Assembly: GCF_015831355.1 (NCBI RefSeq)
Contig: NZ_JADWYR010000003.1
Location: 340,422 to 404,421 of the forward strand
Reading direction: 5' to 3'
Length of the DNA stretch: 64,000 bases
DNA from: Panacibacter microcysteis
Lineage (GTDB): Bacteria > Bacteroidota > Bacteroidia > Chitinophagales > Chitinophagaceae
Below, piece after piece: positions 10,178 to 18,406 of this stretch (its first letter is position 1; the number at the start of each line of letters is the position of its first letter). The notes under the pieces were generated by a model, which was given only the letters and a program-made list of their open reading frames with translations, did not search any database and had not been told where the DNA came from. Position numbers and translations under genes: made by a program.

Positions 10178-10235
10178 GTACAAGTGAGTGACACAACCGG
10201 CGATGCCATGAAAAACGATTGCCGGTTACAAAAAC
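10178..10235 (-). repeat. Interspersed repeat R05 (B-type core, reverse)
   Basis: GTACAAGTGAGTGACACAA at 10178-10196 + CCGGCGATGCCATGAAAAA; abuts stop codon of 10236..10895 (minus). Confidence 0.85.
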
Positions 10236-10895
10236 TTACTGCATCAGGTTTAAATGCAGCTCGCCAAAATTTTGTAATGATGAAATCCTGAGATCTGCAA
10301 TAACCCATTTCTCACTCTTTTGCTGGCTGAAATGTGGCACCACCACGCATTTCATGCGGGCTGCTTTTACGGCAATAAGACCGGGAAATGAATCTTCGAA
10401 ACAAATACATTCCAGCGGGTCTGCATTTAATGCAAGGGCACAATCCAGGTAAACCTGTGGGTGTGGCTTGCCATGGGGTAAGTTTTCTGCCGACGCCTTT
10501 GCCTGCACAAACTGTTGCAGACCGCACATTTCAATAGCCTTATCAATCATACCCAGCGGTGAAGAAGATGCAATGCCTATTTTAAAACCGCGCTCATGAA
10601 AGAAGCGGAAGATGTACGGCACGCCCGGCATAACTCTGCCTTTCTGTTCTATTTTTTCAATTACTTTTTCGAAGATCAGTTTTTCTGCACGGGCATGTTC
10701 TGCATCGCCCAGGTTGAAATGCTGAAACCACCATTGCACAAATTCTTTTGTACGCAAACCTGTAGTGGAATGATATTGTTCTTCAGAAAGGGAAACGCCG
10801 TACATCCTGAAAACTTCTGCTGCTGCTTCGTTCCAGAGTGGTTCGCTGTCGATCAAAAGTCCGTCCATATCGAAAATAGCCGTATTCAGTTGCAT
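10236..10895 (-). CDS. HAD-IA family hydrolase (beta-phosphoglucomutase-like)
   Basis: FDMDGLLIDSE motif I and HAD motifs II-IV. Confidence 0.7.
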   Translation of the reverse strand: MQLNTAIFDMDGLLIDSEPLWNEAAAEVFRMYGVSLSEEQYHSTTGLRTKEFVQWWFQHFNLGDAEHARAEKLIFEKVIEKIEQKGRVMPGVPYIFRFFHERGFKIGIASSSPLGMIDKAIEMCGLQQFVQAKASAENLPHGKPHPQVYLDCALALNADPLECICFEDSFPGLIAVKAARMKCVVVPHFSQQKSEKWVIADLRISSLQNFGELHLNLMQ

Positions 10896-10931
10896 GGGCA
10901 GTTGTATGGTTGCTGTAAACTGGTATTGGTG

Positions 10932-11861
10932 TTAAGCGCTAAAGTTGCTGAGGCTTGAAATGATGCATTCGTATGTTTCTTCGTCGCTCAGTTCCTTCGG
11001 TTTAAAAGGCTCGCCAATAACCTGCTCGTATAATTCTATGTAGCGTTTGGAGATGGTGTCAACCCATTCATCAGTCATGTCAGGCACTGTTTGCCCTTCC
11101 TTGCCCATAAAGTTGTTGGCAATAAGCCATTCGCGTACAAACTCTTTGCTAAGTTGCTTCTGGCGTTCGCCTTTTTGCTGGCGTTCTTCATAACCATCTG
11201 CATAGAAATAGCGCGATGAATCGGGTGTATGAATTTCATCCATCAAAACAATCTGGTCTTTCAGTTTGCCAAATTCGTATTTCGTATCCACGAGTATAAG
11301 GCCGCGTTTGGCAGCAATTTCTTTACCCCTGGCAAAAAGAGCCAAAGTGTATTTGCAAAGCGTTTCCCACTCATCTTTTGTTGCAAGGCCACCGGCGATA
11401 ATTTCTTCTGCTGAGATGTCTTCATCGTGGCCTTCAGAAGCTTTTGTGGAAGGCGTTATAATAGGAGAGGGGAAAAAGTCGTTTTCTTTTAGACCTTCCG
11501 GCATTTGTACACCGCAAAGTGTTCTTTTGCCAGCGTTGTAGGTGCGCCATGCATGCCCCGTAAGGTTGCCACGCACGACCATTTCAATTTTGAATGGTTC
11601 GCATTTTTTGCCGATGGCAACATTGGGCGCAGGGGTGGCGTATAACCAGTTTTGACAAATATCCTGGGTGGCCCCCAGCATGTAAGCAGCTATTTGATTT
11701 AAAACCTGTCCTTTATAAGGTATCGGTCTTGGTAAAATAACATCGAAGGCAGAAATACGGTTGCTCGCTATCATTACCAGCCATTGATTATTAATAGTAT
11801 AAACGTCTCTTACTTTTCCTTTATAAAAGGAGGTTTGGTGAGGGAATGTAAAGTTTGCCAT
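10932..11861 (-). CDS. purC: Phosphoribosylaminoimidazole-succinocarboxamide (SAICAR) synthase
   Basis: 309-aa long-form Pur[10 protein letters not shown]...SAFDVIL motifs. Confidence 0.85.
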   Translation of the reverse strand: MANFTFPHQTSFYKGKVRDVYTINNQWLVMIASNRISAFDVILPRPIPYKGQVLNQIAAYMLGATQDICQNWLYATPAPNVAIGKKCEPFKIEMVVRGNLTGHAWRTYNAGKRTLCGVQMPEGLKENDFFPSPIITPSTKASEGHDEDISAEEIIAGGLATKDEWETLCKYTLALFARGKEIAAKRGLILVDTKYEFGKLKDQIVLMDEIHTPDSSRYFYADGYEERQQKGERQKQLSKEFVREWLIANNFMGKEGQTVPDMTDEWVDTISKRYIELYEQVIGEPFKPKELSDEETYECIISSLSNFSA

Positions 11862-12011
11862 GTGCCAAAATTATCTCTTTATGGGTTTACAGCATGGTAT
11901 TACAGATTAAATAGCGTAATTTATCTGCACAAATGTGGACAATAAAAATTTTACGAGAAAAATAACAATTGTTATCATTGCCTGTTCAACTTAATTTAAA
12001 CTAACATCCTC

Positions 12012-14936
12012 ATGAGAAAGAGTCAGTGCATTCCAGTGATTTGCTTTGTCGCCCTGTTAATCAGTTTTAAAAGTTTTGCTCAAACAACAACAGTATCAGG
12101 AAAGATTTTAAACAGCACTACCAAGGAATCTGTTTCCGCGGTATCTGTCGTTATCAAAGGTTCAGCAATAGGTGCATATACCGATGACAAGGGAAACTTT
12201 AAATTTACTACTTCACAAAAGCCTCCGTTTACATTAGTGGTAAGCGCTATCAGCTTTGAAACAAAAGAAGTGGAATACAACGGGGGAGAAGTTACTGTAG
12301 AATTAAATGTTTCTTATGCACTTGGCCAGGATATCGTGGTAGCTGCAACCAAATTACCGCAAAGAATAATGGAAGCACCGGTTTCAATAGAGCGTGTTAA
12401 CGCATCAACTATAAGAAACACGCCGGGTGCCAGTTATTATGATGCATTGAATAACTTAAAAGGTGTTGACATTACAACATCCAGCTATACTTTTAAAACA
12501 GTTAGTACAAGAGGGTTTAATGGCAGCGGTAATTTACGTTTCAACCAATTGGTAGATGGTATGGACAACGCGGCACCAAGCCTTAATTTTTCTGTGGGTA
12601 ATGTGATCGGGCTTTCTGAACTGGATGTTGATAATATGGAATTGTTGTCCGGTGCATCTTCTGCACTCTATGGTTCGGGGGGCATGAACGGTACGTTGCT
12701 TGTATCCAGTAAAGATCCTTTTAAATACCAGGGTGTAAGTTTCCAAATCAAGCAGGGAGTAAACCATATTAATGATTCAAGACATAATGCTGCACCTTTT
12801 TATGACTGGAGTTTCAGATGGGGTAAAAAGGTGTCAGAAAAATTCGCGTTTAAAGTGGGCGCCGAATATATAAAGGCAAATGACTGGCAGGCAAATGACA
12901 GCACCAATCTTTTGCGTAACAACGTTTTAAGTAAAATAGATCCAAACGGTGGAACGAGAGCTTCAGATCCAAATTATGATGGTGTAAATATTTTCGGTGA
13001 TGAAGCAAGCGCTGGACTTAAAAGTTTTGCACAAGTTGCGGTCTTTCAAGGTGTTCCTACATTGCCACCAGGTACAACGGATTTGTTGAATCAGTTAATT
13101 AGTTCCATGCCTTATACGGATGTTAAAGCTACTCTCGCAGCGAATCCTGCTACTGCTCCTTTAAATGCTTTCCTTCCATTTTATGCAGGATATTTTGGTC
13201 CGTCATTAAATCCTGCTCAGTATAAGGACGTATATGGTGCTCAGGCTGTAAGTCGCACAGGCTATCAGGAAAAAGATATTGTAGATTACGATGCTAAAAA
13301 CCTCAAATTTAATGCTGGATTATATTTTAACATTACCCCATCTACTCAAATGTCGTTAACAGCCAATTGGGGGTCAGGGACAAGTGTTTATACTGGAGCA
13401 GACAGGTATTCATTAAAAAACTTCAGGATTGGACAGTATAAATTTGAGATAAAAAACCCAAACTGGCTGTTTAGAGCATACACAACACAGGAGAACTCTG
13501 GCGACTCGTATGCTTCAACGTTAACCGCACTATCTATAAATAATGCCTGGAAGGCAAACTCTGTCTGGTTTCAACAATATACTGCTGTTTATACTGATGC
13601 TGTATTATCCGGACTGCCTTCAGCACAAGCACATACTACAGCTAGGGGCTATGCGGATCAAGGTAGATTCGCACCCGGCTCCAAAGAATTCCAGGATGCG
13701 TTTAATAAAGCAACCACTACATCAATAGGAGAGGGTGGCTCTCAGTTTAAAGATAAATCAGGCGTTTACCATTTTGAAGGGCAGTATAATCTTACCCCAT
13801 ATATAAAGGTGATAGATGTTTTGGTTGGGGCAAGTTATCGGTGGTACGATCTTAAATCTAACGGCACTATTTTCGCAGACGATCCCGACAGCCTTGGGTC
13901 CATAAAAATTTCAGAGGTTGGTGCATTTATGCAGTTGCAGAAATCACTGCTGAAAGATGTTCTCAAGTTGTCTGCTTCCGGAAGATTTGATAAAAATCAA
14001 AACTTTGAAGGCCGGTTCACTCCCCGCATAACGGCGTCTGTAAAAGTTGCTAAAGACAATCACATCAGGCTTTCTTATCAACAAGCCTATCGGTTTCCTA
14101 CAAACCAGGATCAGTGGATCAATCTCAGAACACCAGGCAGTATCCTGATAGGTTGCTTACCAGGCTTTAATGACTATTATAAATTCTCTACTTCAAATCC
14201 CGTATTTTCCGCACAGAGCGTGGTTAATTACCGGGCAGCCTACGCCCAAACCGGTGTTGCCGATCCTACATTGCTGGAACGTGTGCAGTTAAAAACGGTT
14301 GTTCCGGAATCGATGCAGTCTTTTGAAATCGGTTATCGCGGTATCATCGCCAAAAAACTTTTGATAGACGCTTATTTTTATACCAGCAAGTATAAAAACT
14401 TTATAGGAAGAGAAGCAGTAGCAGGTGGCCAAAGTATGAGCGAGGCCGCTACTTACGGCGAACTGCTGAGTCCGTTTACTTCGACGAATTACTCTTTCGT
14501 TAAAAACAGTCCTACACCTGTAAAAGCAACCGGCTGGGGTTTTGGAGCTGAGTACTCTGCGGGTAAAGGTTATACCATTAAAGGCAATGTTTATGGAGAT
14601 CAGCTGCAGGACGTACCGGAAGATTTTGTAACGTTCTTCAACACACCTAAGATTCGTTACAACCTTGGTTTTGGTAATGCAAATGTTTACAAAGGCCTTG
14701 GCTTTAACGTACTTTATAAATGGCAGGACGATGTAAGTTGGGAAGGTACATTCGGTTCCGGTACCATACCATCTTTTGGTACGATGGACCTTTTACTGAG
14801 TTATAAACTCGGCAAAAGCAAAAACCTTGTCAAGCTGGGTGCTACAAACCTTTTCAACAATTATTACCGCAACGCATTTGGTAATCCTTACATAGGCGGA
14901 TTATACTATGTAAGTTTTGGATACAATGTATTTTGA
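12012..14936 (+). CDS. TonB-dependent outer-membrane receptor with N-terminal carboxypeptidase-regulatory-like domain
   Basis: Signal peptide, CarbopepD_reg-like region (VSGKILNSTT...DDKGNFKF), plug and barrel, terminal aromatic F. Confidence 0.8.
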   Translation: MRKSQCIPVICFVALLISFKSFAQTTTVSGKILNSTTKESVSAVSVVIKGSAIGAYTDDKGNFKFTTSQKPPFTLVVSAISFETKEVEYNGGEVTVELNVSYALGQDIVVAATKLPQRIMEAPVSIERVNASTIRNTPGASYYDALNNLKGVDITTSSYTFKTVSTRGFNGSGNLRFNQLVDGMDNAAPSLNFSVGNVIGLSELDVDNMELLSGASSALYGSGGMNGTLLVSSKDPFKYQGVSFQIKQGVNHINDSRHNAAPFYDWSFRWGKKVSEKFAFKVGAEYIKANDWQANDSTNLLRNNVLSKIDPNGGTRASDPNYDGVNIFGDEASAGLKSFAQVAVFQGVPTLPPGTTDLLNQLISSMPYTDVKATLAANPATAPLNAFLPFYAGYFGPSLNPAQYKDVYGAQAVSRTGYQEKDIVDYDAKNLKFNAGLYFNITPSTQMSLTANWGSGTSVYTGADRYSLKNFRIGQYKFEIKNPNWLFRAYTTQENSGDSYASTLTALSINNAWKANSVWFQQYTAVYTDAVLSGLPSAQAHTTARGYADQGRFAPGSKEFQDAFNKATTTSIGEGGSQFKDKSGVYHFEGQYNLTPYIKVIDVLVGASYRWYDLKSNGTIFADDPDSLGSIKISEVGAFMQLQKSLLKDVLKLSASGRFDKNQNFEGRFTPRITASVKVAKDNHIRLSYQQAYRFPTNQDQWINLRTPGSILIGCLPGFNDYYKFSTSNPVFSAQSVVNYRAAYAQTGVADPTLLERVQLKTVVPESMQSFEIGYRGIIAKKLLIDAYFYTSKYKNFIGREAVAGGQSMSEAATYGELLSPFTSTNYSFVKNSPTPVKATGWGFGAEYSAGKGYTIKGNVYGDQLQDVPEDFVTFFNTPKIRYNLGFGNANVYKGLGFNVLYKWQDDVSWEGTFGSGTIPSFGTMDLLLSYKLGKSKNLVKLGATNLFNNYYRNAFGNPYIGGLYYVSFGYNVF

Positions 14937-14966
14937 TTTTTTTCTGCTGTTGCTTGCTTTGCTAAT

Positions 14967-14997
14967 GCCCTTCACATTCGTGAGGGGCTTTTTTTTG
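14967..14997 (+). terminator. Rho-independent terminator (first of two tandem)
   Basis: GCCCTTCAC-ATT-CGTGAGGGGC followed by TTTTTTTT; a second hairpin AGCCACGATAAGACTATCGCGGCT with T-tract at 15056-15086. Confidence 0.7.
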
Positions 14998-15280
14998 TGT
15001 AGTAAATACCTGTTTATTGTGGCGAAAAACAAATTTTACTTAGGTGCAAAAAAATAGCCACGATAAGACTATCGCGGCTTTTTTCAACCCTAAACCCTTA
15101 AAAAACTGCTGTAAGATAAGTTTACCCGCCAACATATGCAAGAAGTTTTTTTATTTGACCACATAAGCATAAAAAAATACAGGTAACTGCCAATAATGAA
15201 GCAGTAGAAGGCACTGTGTTTTGCAGCAACACCTCATTTTATTTCATTGCATTACCTTTGCCAAAATTTTCCTGAGCGAG

Positions 15281-15691
15281 ATGGTTTACCTCACAAGATT
15301 AGAACACTTTAACGCCGCACATAAACTTTACAATCCAAAGTGGAGTAAAGAAAAGAATGAAGAAATGTTTGGCCCATGTGCCAATGAAAACTGGCATGGT
15401 CACAACTTCGACCTGTTTGTAACAATCAAAGGAGAACCCGATGCTGACACGGGTTTCCTGATGGATGTAAAGAAGCTCAAGGTTATTATAAAAGAACATG
15501 TAATTGCAAAAGTGGACCATAAAAATCTCAACCTCGATGTTGCATTCCTTGCTGATAAAATGTGTAGTACAGAAAATCTTGCCATAGGAATATGGAACCA
15601 GTTAACTCCTCATTTACCCGCCAATGTACAGTTGCACTGTATAAAGTTGTATGAAACACCCCGTATTTACGTAGAATATTATGGTGACTAA
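15281..15691 (+). CDS. 6-pyruvoyl/6-carboxy-tetrahydropterin synthase (PTPS/QueD family), paralog 1
   Basis: CxxxHGH motif (CANENWHGHNF); start moved to internal Met (MVYLTRLEHFNAAHK). Confidence 0.75.
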   Translation: MVYLTRLEHFNAAHKLYNPKWSKEKNEEMFGPCANENWHGHNFDLFVTIKGEPDADTGFLMDVKKLKVIIKEHVIAKVDHKNLNLDVAFLADKMCSTENLAIGIWNQLTPHLPANVQLHCIKLYETPRIYVEYYGD

Positions 15692-15781
15692 ACTTTTTAA
15701 CGTTCGCCCTGTTATTAGTGGCACTTGAAGAAATAAGGAAATTAACTGCAGGTAAAACAGTAATTCCTTAATTTAAATATT

Positions 15782-16195
15782 ATGAGCAGAAAAGTAGCAG
15801 TATACAGGAAGGAGCATTTCAATGCAGCGCACAGGTTGCACAACGCTGCGTGGAGCAATGAAATGAATGACAAAGTGTTTGGCAAATGCAACAACCCTAA
15901 CTATCACGGGCATAATTATGAACTGGAAGTAAAAGTTACCGGCGAACCAAACCCCGATACAGGCTATGTGATCGATATGAAAGAACTCAGCAACATCATC
16001 AACACACATGTGCTGGAAAGATTTGACCATAAAAACCTCAATCTCGATACTGCCGAATTCAAAACGCTGAACCCGACAGCAGAAAATATTGTAATGGTTA
16101 TTTACGACTTGTTGCGTGCCAGGATCGATACACGCTTCGATCTGCAGGTGCGGCTGTACGAAACACCACGCAACTTTGTTGAATTCCCGGTTTGA
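15782..16195 (+). CDS. 6-pyruvoyl/6-carboxy-tetrahydropterin synthase (PTPS/QueD family), paralog 2
   Basis: CNNPNYHGHNYEL motif; about 55% identical to paralog 1. Confidence 0.8.
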   Translation: MSRKVAVYRKEHFNAAHRLHNAAWSNEMNDKVFGKCNNPNYHGHNYELEVKVTGEPNPDTGYVIDMKELSNIINTHVLERFDHKNLNLDTAEFKTLNPTAENIVMVIYDLLRARIDTRFDLQVRLYETPRNFVEFPV

Positions 16196-16244
16196 CAGTG
16201 ATGAAACGCACTTGCATTGTAAACAGCTTTCCACGTTAAACGCT

Positions 16245-16312
16245 GATACACCCGGAAGAGCTGATGCATGATACGGTGTACAAGAGTGCGACGCAACAGG
16301 TGCTTAATACTT
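16245..16312 (-). repeat. Interspersed repeat R06 (A-type, reverse)
   Basis: GTACAAGAGTGCGACGCAA at 16278-16296; creates a spurious N-terminal extension of folE. Confidence 0.8.
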
Positions 16313-16348
16313 ATTCAAAAGTCTGGCTCACAAAAAATAAAAACTACA

Positions 16349-16948
16349 ATGGGTTACACAAAAAAAGAAACATACGATGAGCAGGTTACAGAAAACCTGG
16401 TGGTTAATTATAAAAATATACTGGAATTGATTGGCGAAGATGCTGACCGTGAAGGGCTGCTGAAAACGCCGGAGCGCATTGCAAAGGCCATGCAGTATTT
16501 AACGCAGGGCTATTCTCTAAATGCGGTTGATATCCTTAACTCTGCCAAATTTCATGAGCCTATCAGCGAGATGGTTATTGTAAAAGACATTGAAATATAC
16601 AGTATGTGCGAACACCATATGTTGCCATTCATTGGCAAGGCGCACGTAGCCTATATTCCAAACGGATGGATTACGGGTTTAAGTAAGATTGCACGTGTGG
16701 TAGATGTGTTTGCACGAAGGCTGCAGGTGCAGGAGCGTTTAACCGTGCAGGTAATGGACGCCATTCGCGAAAGCCTTAACCCGCTTGGCGTTGCGGTTGT
16801 TATAGAAGCCAAACATTTGTGTATGATGATGCGTGGCGTGCAAAAGCAAAACTCTGTTACTACCACTTCAGCATTTTATGGTGAGTTTGAAAAAGATACC
16901 ACGCGCAGCGAGTTTGTAAAGCTCATCAGTGCAGATCTTAGCAGGTAA
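16349..16948 (+). CDS. folE: GTP cyclohydrolase I
   Basis: Conserved FolE core ([11 protein letters not shown]...); the annotated N-terminal extension [11 protein letters not shown] is translated from repeat copy R06 and is rejected. Confidence 0.85.
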   Translation: MGYTKKETYDEQVTENLVVNYKNILELIGEDADREGLLKTPERIAKAMQYLTQGYSLNAVDILNSAKFHEPISEMVIVKDIEIYSMCEHHMLPFIGKAHVAYIPNGWITGLSKIARVVDVFARRLQVQERLTVQVMDAIRESLNPLGVAVVIEAKHLCMMMRGVQKQNSVTTTSAFYGEFEKDTTRSEFVKLISADLSR

Positions 16949-16968
16949 TGTTACAGGCATTGGCACAT

Positions 16969-17032
16969 GTGGCATCGCCTGTTGTGTCACTCACTTGTGC
17001 GTTCCGTTTATGTGGCAACTGTAGCGATCAGG
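16969..17032 (+). repeat. Interspersed repeat R07 (B-type)
   Basis: GGCATCGCCTG + TTGTGTCACTCACTTGTGC (16982-17000) + TTTATGTGGCAACTGTAGCG; 21 bp after folE stop. Confidence 0.8.
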
Positions 17033-17074
17033 TCACCAGTCCACGCAAGATGATGTTTAACTGAAATATTCAAC

Positions 17075-17103
17075 AAGGGATGCGAGTGCTATCCCTTTTT
17101 TAT
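17075..17103 (+). terminator. Rho-independent terminator after folE
   Basis: GGGATGCGAGTGCTATCCC followed by TTTTTTATT. Confidence 0.65.
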
Positions 17104-17257
17104 TGCCCCATTAATTTTGAAAGCAGGTGTAACCAGTGCTTGCATGTGCTGCGATCACCGCAAATTTTACCTGCAAAAATCCCGGATTGTACAACCATTA
17201 CCTCATTCATTGTTTATACCATTAACCTGTTTATTTTTGACCACTTAATAATGATAT

Positions 17258-18151
17258 ATGAGTAAACACGCATTTGTATTTCCCGGCCAGGGCGCACAGT
17301 TCAGCGGCATGGGAAAAAACCTGTACGAAAGCAATGAAAATGCTAAGCAGTTATTTGAGCAGGCCAACGATATACTGGGTTTTCGCATAAGTGAGATCAT
17401 GTTTACCGGTACAGATGAACAGCTAAAACAAACCAACGTAACACAGCCTGCAGTTTTTCTCCATTCTGTTATAGCCTACAAAACCATCGGTGGCGCTTCG
17501 CCCGATATGGTTGCAGGTCACTCACTCGGTGAATTTTCTGCGCTCGTAGCCAACAATACATTAAGTTTCGAAGATGCGTTAAAGCTGGTAAGCATACGGG
17601 CAGGCGCCATGCAAAAAGCCTGCGATGTTGCACCTTCTACCATGGCGGCTGTATTGGCATTGGACGATGTAAAAGTGGAAGAGATTTGTGCAGCCGTGCA
17701 GGCAGAAACAGGCGAGGTAGTTGTTGCTGCAAATTATAACTGCCCGGGTCAGCTTGTAATAAGCGGCTCTGTAAAAGGTATTGAAATAGCCTGCGACAGA
17801 ATGAAGGCTGCAGGTGCAAAGAGAGCGTTGGTATTACCTGTAGGCGGTGCTTTCCATTCCCCTCTTATGGCACCGGCCAGGGAAGAACTGGCTGCAGCTA
17901 TTCAGAATACGCATTTTAATGAGCCTTCCTGCCCGGTGTACCAGAATGTAGTTGCAAGGGCAGTTTCTTCGGCCGCAGAAATTAAAACAAACCTTATTGA
18001 CCAGCTTACCGGCGCAGTAAAATGGACGCAGAGTGTACAGGCAATGGTTGCAGACGGGGCCACTCAATTTACAGAAGTTGGTCCAGGTAAAGTTTTACAG
18101 GGCCTGATCCTTAAAATTGATAAAACTGTGCAGGTTACCGGGGTTAGTTAA
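17258..18151 (+). CDS. fabD: Malonyl-CoA:ACP transacylase
   Basis: FPGQGAQ...GHSLGE active-site motifs. Confidence 0.85.
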   Translation: MSKHAFVFPGQGAQFSGMGKNLYESNENAKQLFEQANDILGFRISEIMFTGTDEQLKQTNVTQPAVFLHSVIAYKTIGGASPDMVAGHSLGEFSALVANNTLSFEDALKLVSIRAGAMQKACDVAPSTMAAVLALDDVKVEEICAAVQAETGEVVVAANYNCPGQLVISGSVKGIEIACDRMKAAGAKRALVLPVGGAFHSPLMAPAREELAAAIQNTHFNEPSCPVYQNVVARAVSSAAEIKTNLIDQLTGAVKWTQSVQAMVADGATQFTEVGPGKVLQGLILKIDKTVQVTGVS

Positions 18152-18175
18152 CGGGTTATTGAAAACATATTGTGC

Positions 18176-18208
18176 AAAAGCCTGCGTAAGCGGGCTTTTG
18201 CTTTTTTA
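18176..18208 (+). terminator. Rho-independent terminator of fabD
   Basis: AAAAGCCTGCGTAAGCGGGCTTTTGCTTTTTT. Confidence 0.65.
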
Positions 18209-18406
18209 TTGCTTTAAATTTTTTTGCGATCTGTTTAGTGAAAAGAAAAATAATTAAATAAATCGCGGTTTTGTTTGATATTTTTTATCATGGCTTAAAA
18301 AATTTTCAATTTCATCCTGTTTCAAATCATTTAAATTGCAAACAGAGACGTACCCTGGATAACCAGTTTATGCCCCTGTAATAATTTTAAACCAAAACCA
18401 AATCAA

